Shown here: positions 48,163 through 57,693 of the stretch, piece after piece
Numbering within the stretch: position 1 is the first letter of the stretch
Layout: each line of letters begins with the position of its first letter
NCBI GenBank assembly: GCA_021777565.1
Contig: JAJYDJ010000002.1
Coordinates: forward strand, 69,082 to 133,081
Source of the DNA: a bacterium
GTDB taxonomy: Bacteria > Patescibacteriota > Microgenomatia > Levybacterales > UBA12049
Direction: 5' to 3'
Length of the DNA stretch: 64,000 nucleotides
Translations under genes and position numbers: made by a program
Notes under the pieces: generated by a model
What the model was told of the DNA's origin: nothing
Database searches by the model: none
Seen by the model: only the letters and a program-made list of their open reading frames with translations

Positions 48163-49866
48163 TTAGAATCTTTTAAAAATCATTACTTTCGGATGATCGT
48201 ATACGGTAAATGATTCATCCGCACTTTGATCATAGATGGGAATATTGAGAACGGGAATAGTTGGGTATGAGCTGAACTCAGCAACTTCGTGAAACCCTAA
48301 TTCACCTGAGAATAGTTTGTGATAGTACTCGGCGGTTGTTGGATAACAACGATACGCAGGGACATTGTCACATTTCGTAAGCTTTTGTAACGGCACATAA
48401 AGCCTGTTGGAGGCGAGAATGATATAACTACTCTGTGCAACTTGTGCATTAATCTCTGTCCATTTCTGCGTACTTTCAGGATCATATAGTTTTAATGTTT
48501 GGGTTGTGTACATACTGTTATCTCCCAGTGGGAGGCTGTCATCCCAGTGTTCAACCGCAATAGTAGTGCCATGAGGGATATTGGTATAGATCCATTGGGT
48601 GGCAGTTACTCGTGTATGTGGACGGGTGTATATAGCAAAAAAGGTAATGAGCCAGAGAAGCATACTTGAAAGAAATAGTATTGTTGTTGGGATTGAAATA
48701 ATGAATTTTTCTTCGTGTAATATTTTTGCAATATCTGTGAGAATATATCCAATAAGTAGTGCAAAGAATGGGTATAGTGGCGCCATATATCTGATCCACC
48801 CTACCGCAAATTTCCCTACGACAAGAAAATAACTAATGATAAATACGGCAACGATCAGTTCTTGCGCCCAATGAAATTGTTTTTCTTTATGCCAGACTAC
48901 ACGGATGAAGGAGAGTAATCCAAACATCAAAAGAATACCCATGACAGGTCCAAGTCCCCAGAGGAAGATTTGTTTAGCTTCATAGAAGTAGGGAATGATA
49001 TGTACATATTGTAGTGTGTAGGGGAAAATGAAAGGATTATAAGTCATTGCCGATTGCTCCAGTGTTTGTGCCCAGAATGTTTTAAAATCTATAAGCGCGT
49101 AAGGTTCACATACAATAAATGTAATTCCGGTAAAAAAGACCATAAGTAATCCATCGGTAAAAAGGGATTTTATGAACTTTTTAGCATAGGGAGACCAGGT
49201 CTCAATGCGATGGGGTCTTTTTATAAATACAAGAAGAAAATCTGCAGACAAGGTCATACTCATAGCTGCAACGAGTGCAATGGCACTTGTTTTTGTGGCT
49301 AATGCAGCTCCAAAAACAATACCAATAAGTATCGCTCGTAGTGGGGTTGGTCTCTCATACCAGCGCAAAAGTAAGAAAATGGTGGCGGTCATCAGACACG
49401 TGAGTGGAATATCTACTGCATAGAAATGACTTAATTGCACTGGCAACACACTAATACAGTAGGCAAAAGCGCCTAAAAGTCCGAGGGCACTATTTTTCAA
49501 TTTTCTTCCGATGAGAAAAATAAGAAAAATGGTTACCGTATCCGCAAGGGCAGAAAGGTATCTCCCCAGTATCGTAATGCCATCATACCCTTGAAGATAT
49601 GTATTTTGGGTAAGCACACTAATACCCTTTAATGCATAGATGGGCAAGCTCCCATAGGCAAAAAAATGAGGATTGAGAGGAGAGTCAGTTGAAAGAAAGT
49701 CAGCAACAGAGAGTGGTAGCGTGAGTGGCAGCGCATAAAGGACGATTGCCCGTTCATCAGGGTGAAGGTGATAGCCACCATCCCAGTTCACATTGTACGT
49801 GCGTAAGAAAAACCCTAATGAGAGAATACAAAAAAGCAAAAAAGGTACGAGTTTTTTATGTTGCAT
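48163..49866 (-). CDS. GT-C-fold polytopic membrane glycosyltransferase candidate (HPDER motif), paralogue A
   Basis: There are about 13 TM helices. The first loop GYHLHPDERAIV and FFAYGSLPIY are shared with the next gene. Confidence 0.45.
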   Translation of the reverse strand: MQHKKLVPFLLFCILSLGFFLRTYNVNWDGGYHLHPDERAIVLYALPLTLPLSVADFLSTDSPLNPHFFAYGSLPIYALKGISVLTQNTYLQGYDGITILGRYLSALADTVTIFLIFLIGRKLKNSALGLLGAFAYCISVLPVQLSHFYAVDIPLTCLMTATIFLLLRWYERPTPLRAILIGIVFGAALATKTSAIALVAAMSMTLSADFLLVFIKRPHRIETWSPYAKKFIKSLFTDGLLMVFFTGITFIVCEPYALIDFKTFWAQTLEQSAMTYNPFIFPYTLQYVHIIPYFYEAKQIFLWGLGPVMGILLMFGLLSFIRVVWHKEKQFHWAQELIVAVFIISYFLVVGKFAVGWIRYMAPLYPFFALLIGYILTDIAKILHEEKFIISIPTTILFLSSMLLWLITFFAIYTRPHTRVTATQWIYTNIPHGTTIAVEHWDDSLPLGDNSMYTTQTLKLYDPESTQKWTEINAQVAQSSYIILASNRLYVPLQKLTKCDNVPAYRCYPTTAEYYHKLFSGELGFHEVAEFSSYPTIPVLNIPIYDQSADESFTVYDHPKVMIFKRF

Positions 49867-49871
49867 ACAAA

Positions 49872-51464
49872 TTATGTTCGTTTAAAAATAAAAACTACTG
49901 GTCTGTCAAACACGGTTGCCGTTTCTTCAAACCACAAAGGATCTCCCCAGTAGGTAAGCTTGCACAACAGGTCACAAGGAGTTTGATACACCAGGGTGAA
50001 AGCTCCGCTCGTTTCAAATAAGCTTTGATAAAGAGGAGATGTAACTGGGAAAAGCTGAGGACTTGAAAGTCGTGCCTTCATGATGCGCTGGCTTGGAAGA
50101 ATAAATACATCAGCGTTTTGAAATACACTTTTTACTTTTGCAGCTGCTGTCTGGTCTGTGTCAGCGCCATACATGTCAGGGAGTTGGATATGTGGGAAAT
50201 ACACATTAAAAGGGATAATACCTAGGTCATATGGCTCTCCCATGACGATGTTAGGATTTAAGAGATGTGTATTGGCCCATGCTGCGGCACTCACTCGTGT
50301 GTCTGGAGAGAAAAACACGGTTTTTGTATAAGCAACTGACCAAAGCATGCTCCCTGCAAGAAGAGAGAAGAGGCAGACACGCATGAGTATTTTGTGTGAA
50401 GTTGCTGACAGTGTCTGCATACACCAGGCAATAAGAAGATACATAAATGGAAGTAGTGGCATCATATACCTGGTCCATTTCACAAAAAGAAACGCATTAC
50501 TGAAAAATAAAAAGAAAATAAAACTCACAAGAAGGAGGAGACGATAGTCTGCTTTTCTCGTGCGCAGTGACCAAAAGAGGACATAAAAGAGAGAGAAAAT
50601 GCCAGCAGCATATCCAACTGGATTTAAAAGGAAGGGAAGCACATGCATGAGCTGGTAAATGCCAGGGGTGGTTTGAAGAAATCCTTGGGTGTAAAAAACA
50701 GGGAGTGTGCCTAACGCAACAGAAGACTCATAGTGAATTGAGTCAAGAAATTCCTTCGTGTCCAGAAGAACAAAAGGATTGGTAAGCGCATAGATCCCTC
50801 CACTAATGAGCAAAGTAAGAAAAAAGTGTAAGAGATGTTCTTGTTTGGGGGATGTGAAATAGCGGACTAAAAAAAGAAGGAATGGGAAGAGTAAAAAGGG
50901 CAGATATGAAACTTTTGTCCCAACCAATAATCCAAGCAGTACGGCCATCCAAAAGGTATGTTGCGCTGAGTTCTTTTTGATGCACCCAGCAAAAAAATAA
51001 AAAAACCACACCATAAGAAAGCACTGCCACATCTCAAACGTGCCGAAGTGAGCAAACTGTATGGCGCCGATACTAAATGTCCAAAGGGTAGCAGCAATAC
51101 GTGCTGCAGATATCCCCCAAAACTTCTTGCTTATAATATAAAGACTTATTAGTGTACCAATACTCAAGAGCGCTGAGATGGTTCTGAGCATAAAGAGTGC
51201 TTGGTCAAACGTAAGAGATGTCTCACGGAACTTTGCAATGGCGAGACCCAGAAAAAAAGTTATATACATTGGCATTGACCCATAGGCAAAAAAATGAGGA
51301 TTTAATTGGGTCGGGAAATTAAGCTGAGTGATACTATAAATGATATTCCTCTCGTCTGGATGAAAGAAAAAAGGTGCCCCCCATAATAAATTTACAAATG
51401 AAAGAAATGCGCAGACAATAACTAAGAGTATTATTATTTTAGAGGGCATGCTCACATGGATCAT
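49872..51464 (-). CDS. GT-C-fold polytopic membrane glycosyltransferase candidate (HPDER motif), paralogue B
   Basis: FFFHPDERNIIY and FFAYGSMPMY are present, in the same architecture as 48163..49866. Confidence 0.45.
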   Translation of the reverse strand: MIHVSMPSKIIILLVIVCAFLSFVNLLWGAPFFFHPDERNIIYSITQLNFPTQLNPHFFAYGSMPMYITFFLGLAIAKFRETSLTFDQALFMLRTISALLSIGTLISLYIISKKFWGISAARIAATLWTFSIGAIQFAHFGTFEMWQCFLMVWFFYFFAGCIKKNSAQHTFWMAVLLGLLVGTKVSYLPFLLFPFLLFLVRYFTSPKQEHLLHFFLTLLISGGIYALTNPFVLLDTKEFLDSIHYESSVALGTLPVFYTQGFLQTTPGIYQLMHVLPFLLNPVGYAAGIFSLFYVLFWSLRTRKADYRLLLLVSFIFFLFFSNAFLFVKWTRYMMPLLPFMYLLIAWCMQTLSATSHKILMRVCLFSLLAGSMLWSVAYTKTVFFSPDTRVSAAAWANTHLLNPNIVMGEPYDLGIIPFNVYFPHIQLPDMYGADTDQTAAAKVKSVFQNADVFILPSQRIMKARLSSPQLFPVTSPLYQSLFETSGAFTLVYQTPCDLLCKLTYWGDPLWFEETATVFDRPVVFIFKRT

Positions 51465-51510
51465 ATTATCTTCTATTGTACAATGTTACGCACAACAATT
51501 GAACAAAGAG

Positions 51511-52773
51511 TTATGAAGCACTTACCAACCCAGCGACCTTCTCCCCTAACTCAACAGCATAGTTAGTCCCACGATCCCATGGATATACTTGTTGCATGTT
51601 TGCAAGATAGACATGGTTGATTGGGGTTGGCAGTGGAGGAATTTGTTCTGAGTAGTGAACAGGGATGATAGGTTGTGCGAAAGGTACGGCATATGTTTTT
51701 ACGTCTATAACATTCTTCTCATACCCTGGATGAATTTTTTGGAGATATGGATCAAACTCTTTCATAAGCGCTTTCTCGGAGAGCGAGAAGTAAGGATGAT
51801 CTTTGGCAAGATAATTGCCAAGATAGACAATCGTTTCATTATTGTAGTGGCTCTTCCCCATAAAGTGGGTATGTTCAACAATTGCAAGAAGTGGGGCCTT
51901 ACTGTCACATACATTAAGCCAATAGATGTTATCAGGTAGAAAATCTTTCTTCATGCGCACAATTGCGACCAGTGCTCCCAAGGACTCAAGATTTTGCAGT
52001 TTTTTAACATATTGTGATGGCAGTTGTGGTGCCATTTTGGCAAAGACACCAGAAGGGAGTGTCACAATAACACGATCAAAAACTCCTTCTTTACCAACGG
52101 TTACTTTCCCGGCTTTCTCGGTAATGGAATCAACTGTCGTGTTGTACACAATCGTTCCTCCCTTTTGTTTAATCGTGTCAGCGAGTTTCTCGGCAAACGC
52201 TAAAAATCCGCCTTCAGGATAGGCAAGTGAGGTGGTCCTTTTTGTTACACGTGCCCAAAACCAAGCAAGAGAGATTTTGGGGACAAAAGAACGAAACTTA
52301 CCTATCAGAAGTGGTTCCCAAATCATTTTATATGCTCTTTCTCCCATGGTCATTGAAAGATATGATGCTGCTGTCACACTCTCTAGTGGTTTCCAAAATG
52401 GATTGTATCGAAGAAGGGCAAGAGAAATACCCATGCGCAGCCTGTCAAGGAGAGGGAGTTTGTTAAATGTGAGAAGCGTTAACGGGGAGTCGAGTTGCTG
52501 CATAGTGCCATTGATATATGAGGATGTATTTGGCCTTTTGATAAGAACTGGTGCACCAATCTCGTGTGCCAAATTGATAACGGCAGCATCGTTGGTGAAC
52601 CAGTGGTGATAAAAGTACTCTAACGTCCAATCCCATTCTTTCTCTTTATATCCAAGCGCAAGGCCACCAGGAGCACTGTCACGCTCAAAGATGGTAACAT
52701 TGTGTCCTTCTTGCAAGAGCTTATATGCAGCGCTTAGTCCTGTGAATCCTGCTCCGATAATGGCGATTTTCAT
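51511..52773 (-). CDS. FAD/NAD(P)-binding oxidoreductase (amine-oxidase / protoporphyrinogen-oxidase / Glf-like Rossmann family)
   Basis: MKIAIIGAGFTGLSAAYKL...TIFERDSAPGG is the dinucleotide-binding motif followed by GG. The substrate is unknown. Confidence 0.65.
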   Translation of the reverse strand: MKIAIIGAGFTGLSAAYKLLQEGHNVTIFERDSAPGGLALGYKEKEWDWTLEYFYHHWFTNDAAVINLAHEIGAPVLIKRPNTSSYINGTMQQLDSPLTLLTFNKLPLLDRLRMGISLALLRYNPFWKPLESVTAASYLSMTMGERAYKMIWEPLLIGKFRSFVPKISLAWFWARVTKRTTSLAYPEGGFLAFAEKLADTIKQKGGTIVYNTTVDSITEKAGKVTVGKEGVFDRVIVTLPSGVFAKMAPQLPSQYVKKLQNLESLGALVAIVRMKKDFLPDNIYWLNVCDSKAPLLAIVEHTHFMGKSHYNNETIVYLGNYLAKDHPYFSLSEKALMKEFDPYLQKIHPGYEKNVIDVKTYAVPFAQPIIPVHYSEQIPPLPTPINHVYLANMQQVYPWDRGTNYAVELGEKVAGLVSAS

Positions 52774-52778
52774 ACTCC

Positions 52779-54149
52779 TTATAATACTGAAAACATGAAG
52801 AGTAAGCTACCAGTAATTACGACACCTACGCCAATAAGCCCAACCATGAATGTGTTTTCTGGCCCCGTGCTTGGAAGTCCTGTCGGCTTGAGTGTTGGAC
52901 TGGTACTGCGAGTTGGGCTAAGAACAATAGTTGGGGAGGTCGATGCGGCAGGTGTCGTCGTTATCGCTGCTGTTGGTACAGGCGTATCGGTTGGGGTAAG
53001 TGATGGAGCCAGGGTTGCAGACGGCGTTGCTGTTTGGTTTACCTGTGTCCCTGCGGCATACACGGTAAAGTGATTGGTGATGGCACGAATAATCCCCGAG
53101 GCATCTTTCGTAGTTATGGTAATTGTGTGGTCCCCAGGGGTAAGTTGTTGATTTGGTCGATAGCTCCAGTTTCCAAGAGCATCTGCTGAGACGGATGCAG
53201 AAATTGCTTGATCAGAGTGAATCTCAATTTGCACTGATGAGTTTGGGAGAGCAGTCCCTTTAAAGACTGGTTGTTGATCTGTATAGGTTGCATTCTCCTT
53301 AGGAGAGGTGATTTGCACGGTTATATTTGTATCGATATTGGTGACAAATTGTGGGAACTTCGCTGCAAACGCACTTGCGGCACTTGATGCAACTGGCTCA
53401 ACACTCGTTGTGAAATCATAGTTATTCCCAAGAGTTATTTGTGGGACAACGGCATTGCTAAAGTTGGTGAGTACTTGAGAAGTGCTTGTTGGTCCATAAA
53501 ATTGAAGTTGTATAGCGGAATTTGATGCTAACGGTACATATTGCGTTAAGTCGCTGGAACGCAAGGTGTTCGTTGGGATTGCATAGGTTCCGGTAGTCTT
53601 GACGAGTGTTGAAAGGATTTGCCCATTTGGGCTAGACATCAGGACGTAACTATCTGTTGGTTTTGTCCCATCTGGCAGAATGAGAGTCCCTGATACTGCT
53701 GCTTGAGTGAGTGGTTGATCAGAAATGGTTGGCCCTGTCGTCGCAGTAAATGGTGAATTCTGGTTGAGGAAGGTATTCTCGCCAGAGGTGATGGAGAAGG
53801 TATAGTGTGTTAATGGTCTGAGTCCACGTGCTGTGATACTGTGTAGCTGGTAGGAGAGCGGCTTACCTGTGGCCTGATCGCGATCATCCAGTACGACGTG
53901 GGTTGCGCCTGTTTCATCTACCAAAGAAATTGTACCTATGACTGATGCTTCAGTGCGGTAGACAACCGTAAAGCTCTCGTCGGTAACGTTGGTAACTTGA
54001 AAATCATGTGGCTGGTTGCTTGGCGCAGCTCCCGAGAAAAGCTTAACTCCTGTTTGGACCAAGAATGTTGTCCCTGCAAGGCCACCAATGATCAACAGAA
54101 GTCCCAAGAATCCTGGTATTTTTTTCTCCCACGTGCTTATTGTGCTCAT
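52779..54149 (-). CDS. Surface protein with an N-terminal signal anchor and a C-terminal LPSTG sorting-signal-like motif
   Basis: The sequence ends ...KPTGLPSTGPENTFMVGLIGVGVVITGSLLFMFSVL with no basic tail. The middle is Thr/Ser/Pro-rich. Confidence 0.55.
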   Translation of the reverse strand: MSTISTWEKKIPGFLGLLLIIGGLAGTTFLVQTGVKLFSGAAPSNQPHDFQVTNVTDESFTVVYRTEASVIGTISLVDETGATHVVLDDRDQATGKPLSYQLHSITARGLRPLTHYTFSITSGENTFLNQNSPFTATTGPTISDQPLTQAAVSGTLILPDGTKPTDSYVLMSSPNGQILSTLVKTTGTYAIPTNTLRSSDLTQYVPLASNSAIQLQFYGPTSTSQVLTNFSNAVVPQITLGNNYDFTTSVEPVASSAASAFAAKFPQFVTNIDTNITVQITSPKENATYTDQQPVFKGTALPNSSVQIEIHSDQAISASVSADALGNWSYRPNQQLTPGDHTITITTKDASGIIRAITNHFTVYAAGTQVNQTATPSATLAPSLTPTDTPVPTAAITTTPAASTSPTIVLSPTRSTSPTLKPTGLPSTGPENTFMVGLIGVGVVITGSLLFMFSVL

Positions 54150-54493
54150 TATTTTGTCCCTCCTGGCGTTGGTGTTGCGGATGAAGTTGACAGTGGTGTT
54201 GGCGTAGCAGAAACACTTGCAATAAAAACAAGTACGGGGGTTGGGGTTGGCACTGCTGTGGGTGCCGCGGCAGTAGTTGGCGCTACGAGTATTTGTATTG
54301 GTGTTACTGCGAGCCTGCTAGAAAGCGTATTCATGGTTTTGGTATCAAAAGTTCCGTTGATTGGGATAACTTGTTCATTGACTGTTTCACTAATAGTTGA
54401 TGTAGTAAGGCGTTGCATAATACTGAAAATAATCCATGCTATAACTAGTATAACGGTCGCTGCAAGGACAAAGATAAGATCATTTCGTTTCAT
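54149..54493 (-). CDS. Small bitopic membrane protein with a Pro/Thr/Ala-rich tail
   Basis: It has an N-terminal TM helix and lies downstream of the pilO-like gene. Confidence 0.35.
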   Translation of the reverse strand: MKRNDLIFVLAATVILVIAWIIFSIMQRLTTSTISETVNEQVIPINGTFDTKTMNTLSSRLAVTPIQILVAPTTAAAPTAVPTPTPVLVFIASVSATPTPLSTSSATPTPGGTK

Positions 54494-55104
54494 AAACTTT
54501 TTTGTGCGTACGCTCTTCCTTTTATTGTAGCGCGAAAATTCCCTTTTGGTTGTGAGGAGAAAGAAAGGCTATCGATAGTGATCACTCGAGAGAGGTTAGT
54601 CATGTCTTTCATAAAAAGAATAGTACTTGGATAGGTCCCTTCCACGTTCATGCTAAATACAAATGAGAGTGGCTTATCATTCTGAGATTGAGAGAATTCA
54701 ACTGGGAAGATTTGTAGATACGTGAGAGAGATATTATCTCTTTTTGCCAGCCCTTGTAATAGTCCGGCAACACCTAACGTATCAGGGGAGTCAGGGATTG
54801 CCTGAAGAGCGAGAGGGAGACTAGTTTGGATAGTTGGATAGGCTTTTTGGAGGGAAAAAATGGATGCGATCTTGGTATCAAGTTGCTGGCTCACTGTTTG
54901 CTCATCACTTAATTGTTTTTGCAGTTCAGCAATAGTAGATAGGGTTGGGTTAATTGCAAAAAGTCCGAAGCCAGCACATGCCACGAGGGTAAAGGCGAGT
55001 GTAGTAAATTTACCGACTCTTTCTTCACCAAATTTTGGAATAATTCTCCCAACCAGCGCACCGGCTGGGATCCTATTAAATACAGATGACGTATTTGTGC
55101 TCAT
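54490..55104 (-). CDS. PilO-like type IV pilus assembly protein
   Basis: It has an N-terminal TM helix, then a coiled coil (ELQKQLSDEQTVSQQLDTK), then a C-terminal domain. The size and topology fit PilO. Confidence 0.45.
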   Translation of the reverse strand: MSTNTSSVFNRIPAGALVGRIIPKFGEERVGKFTTLAFTLVACAGFGLFAINPTLSTIAELQKQLSDEQTVSQQLDTKIASIFSLQKAYPTIQTSLPLALQAIPDSPDTLGVAGLLQGLAKRDNISLTYLQIFPVEFSQSQNDKPLSFVFSMNVEGTYPSTILFMKDMTNLSRVITIDSLSFSSQPKGNFRATIKGRAYAQKSL

Positions 55105-55652
55105 AAAATTGGTGCAATATTTTTTTGTGTAAGAGAAACAACTACGTTAACAATCCCAAGAGAGGGCTTATCGTCAATTTTATCAACACTTGTTGTCATC
55201 GTATCTGTTAAGTTACGCAGTTTATCGACAAATTGAGAGGCGCTTATCGCAGAGGTAAATTGCACATCTATACGGGTTGTCCCACCGGTCATGCTTAAGC
55301 TGTTGAGTGTAGCTGATTCCGGGATTGCCTGTAAAATTGCCTGTATTCGACTTTGCATTTGTGTATTCACTCCTTCAGCTTTTTGGATAAGCTGGAGACG
55401 GGTCTGAACATTGCGATATTTCTGCTCTTGTTGATTCATTGCAGCAACCAATGCCAATTTTTGCTTTACCTGGTCCTTGGTATCGACAATTTGTTTATCA
55501 AGGCTAAATCGATACCCAAATGCAACCAGTGCAACCAGTTCGGTTAGGACAACAAGTACTCTTCCAATAGTGACAGCCCACGCTAAGGTTTTATCAATAA
55601 GTTGGATTTTTCTTCCACGATATAAATTTACCTGGTTTTCAGGGTTTGGCAT
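55101..55652 (-). CDS. PilN-like type IV pilus assembly protein
   Basis: A short cytoplasmic N-terminus (VNLYRGRK, INLLP-like) is followed by a TM helix and a coiled coil. Confidence 0.45.
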   Translation of the reverse strand: MPNPENQVNLYRGRKIQLIDKTLAWAVTIGRVLVVLTELVALVAFGYRFSLDKQIVDTKDQVKQKLALVAAMNQQEQKYRNVQTRLQLIQKAEGVNTQMQSRIQAILQAIPESATLNSLSMTGGTTRIDVQFTSAISASQFVDKLRNLTDTMTTSVDKIDDKPSLGIVNVVVSLTQKNIAPIL

Positions 55653-55702
55653 ATATTTAGTCTACGTGGTGGGAAATATATTGTCAAAAGAAGAGGAGGA
55701 TA

Positions 55703-55948
55703 TTATTTACTCTTTGTCCCAAGGAGTTTTGAGATTGCAGATTTGATACGTGCTGCCTTATTCTTATGGATGAGATGACGCTTTGCTGCTTTATCTGCAG
55801 CCTTATATGCTAGAGAGACATTTTCTGGGGTTGGATGAGTTGTTGATTCTTTTAAGGCCTTTTTCAAGGTTGTCTTAATCGAACGATTTGCAACTGTTCG
55901 CTTGACATCTTTACGTAATTTTTTCTGCGCTGATTTAATGATTGGCAT
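55703..55948 (-). CDS. rpsT: 30S ribosomal protein S20
   Basis: MPIIKSAQKKLRKDVKRTVANRSIKT is the S20 start. Confidence 0.85.
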   Translation of the reverse strand: MPIIKSAQKKLRKDVKRTVANRSIKTTLKKALKESTTHPTPENVSLAYKAADKAAKRHLIHKNKAARIKSAISKLLGTKSK

Positions 55949-55984
55949 AATAAGATTGTAGCATGTTATACTGTAAATCACAAT

Positions 55985-57649
55985 ATGTCTACTGCTGCAT
56001 TACTGAAAAAAGGGTTATCACTTCTTCTCAAAAGGCAGACAAATATTCTCTCTGCGGCCCTTGTTATCATGATGACCGTTGTGTTGTCTCAAGTGCTTGG
56101 ATTAGTGAGGCAAAGACTGTTAGTCGGAGAATTTGGCGCTTCCAACATCCTTGGCGTTTATCTTGCTTCCTCACGTCTGCCGGATCTCCTTTTTCAAGTA
56201 ATCATCGCCGGAGGCCTCTCATCAGCATTCATCCCAGTATTCTCTGATTTCCTTGTGGCACAGAAAAAAGAAGAGGGCTTTAAATTTGCTTCCTCTCTTC
56301 TAATATTGTTGTCACTCTCATTTATAGGTATCGCAAGTGTATTCTTTATATTCTCGCAGTTCTTTGCATCTTTGATTGCACCTGGATTCTCACATTCAGA
56401 GATAGTCCTCATGGGTGAGTTGATGCGCATTATCTTCTTTGGAGAAGTTCTGTTTATGCTTGGGTGTTTTTTTGCAGCACTCTTGCAGTCATTTGATCAC
56501 TTTCTCATCCCAGGTATCGCGGCAGCTACCTATAACTTAGGGATCATTCTTGGTATTCTCTTCTTGAGTCCGTTCTTTGGAATTTTCTCAGCTGCGTATG
56601 GTGTCCTTTTGGGTGGTGTTTTCTTTATCTTGGTACAAGTGCCACTGCTATGGCGCGTTGGGTATCGATTTTCTTTTGTTATTGATATTGGCAGTAGTGC
56701 CATAAAGAAAATATTCTCACTCATGTGGCCACGAACGATCTCTCTGGGTATTTTTCAACTGGGCAGCTTGCTGACGGTAACACTGATTTCCTTTCTTGCT
56801 GATCCAGGAAGAAAATACGTGATTTTTGACTATGCTCAAACATTGGCTTTTGCGCCTGTTGGGTTATTTGGTCAGACGATGGCCCAGGCAGCTTTCCCGG
56901 TTCTTTCTAGAGAGAGAAACAAGCCAGATGAGTTTCGCCAAACTTTTTTAACGAGTTTTTACCAGCTTTTTTATCTGGTAATGCCTTTTTCAGTGCTTTT
57001 TATCGTGCTTCGCATTCCGGTCATTAGGCTTATTTATGGAGCAGAGCAGTTTGACTGGAGTGCAACGGTGTTGACCAGTAGGCTTTTGGCTTTGTTTACT
57101 CTCGGACTTTTTGCGCAAGCGTTGACCTATCTTGTTGGTAGAGCATTTTATGCCATGTATGACACCAAAACACCACTACTCATTGGTGGACTGAGTACTA
57201 TTGTTATGCTGGTGGGTAGCTTTTTTGCTATCGTGACGTTCCATTTTGATATTCAGAGCCTTGCCCTTATTTATTCACTCGCAAGCATGCTACAGCTCTT
57301 CCTGTTGGTTTATCTATTGCAGAAAAAAACTGGAAGATTTCTTGATCTTGATTTCTTTCTCTCTGTGGGTAAGATTTTGATAGCAACACTTTGTATGGGT
57401 GTTGCATTGTATGTTCCAATCAAGCTACTTGATAAACTTGTGTTTGATACGACCCACACTATTAATTTAATTATTCTCACAGGTATCTCAAGTATTTTGG
57501 GTATGGCAATGTATTTATTCCTCACATGGCTTCTTCGAGTGAAAGAGGCAGGGATGTTCCTCATTCTCTTTAAAAAGCTTGGTAATTGGCAGTCAATCTT
57601 GTCGACCAGCGATGAGCTTTTAAGTACCCCATCCAAACAACAGAGTTAG
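55985..57649 (+). CDS. murJ: Lipid II flippase MurJ/MviN
   Basis: There are 14 TM helices. The N-terminus ...LSAALVIMMTVVLSQVLGLVRQRLL and the overall size fit MurJ. Confidence 0.85.
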   Translation: MSTAALLKKGLSLLLKRQTNILSAALVIMMTVVLSQVLGLVRQRLLVGEFGASNILGVYLASSRLPDLLFQVIIAGGLSSAFIPVFSDFLVAQKKEEGFKFASSLLILLSLSFIGIASVFFIFSQFFASLIAPGFSHSEIVLMGELMRIIFFGEVLFMLGCFFAALLQSFDHFLIPGIAAATYNLGIILGILFLSPFFGIFSAAYGVLLGGVFFILVQVPLLWRVGYRFSFVIDIGSSAIKKIFSLMWPRTISLGIFQLGSLLTVTLISFLADPGRKYVIFDYAQTLAFAPVGLFGQTMAQAAFPVLSRERNKPDEFRQTFLTSFYQLFYLVMPFSVLFIVLRIPVIRLIYGAEQFDWSATVLTSRLLALFTLGLFAQALTYLVGRAFYAMYDTKTPLLIGGLSTIVMLVGSFFAIVTFHFDIQSLALIYSLASMLQLFLLVYLLQKKTGRFLDLDFFLSVGKILIATLCMGVALYVPIKLLDKLVFDTTHTINLIILTGISSILGMAMYLFLTWLLRVKEAGMFLILFKKLGNWQSILSTSDELLSTPSKQQS

Positions 57650-57693
57650 ACCTATTTGCCTACCGATACCCACTTCTCGTATACTACGGCCAT

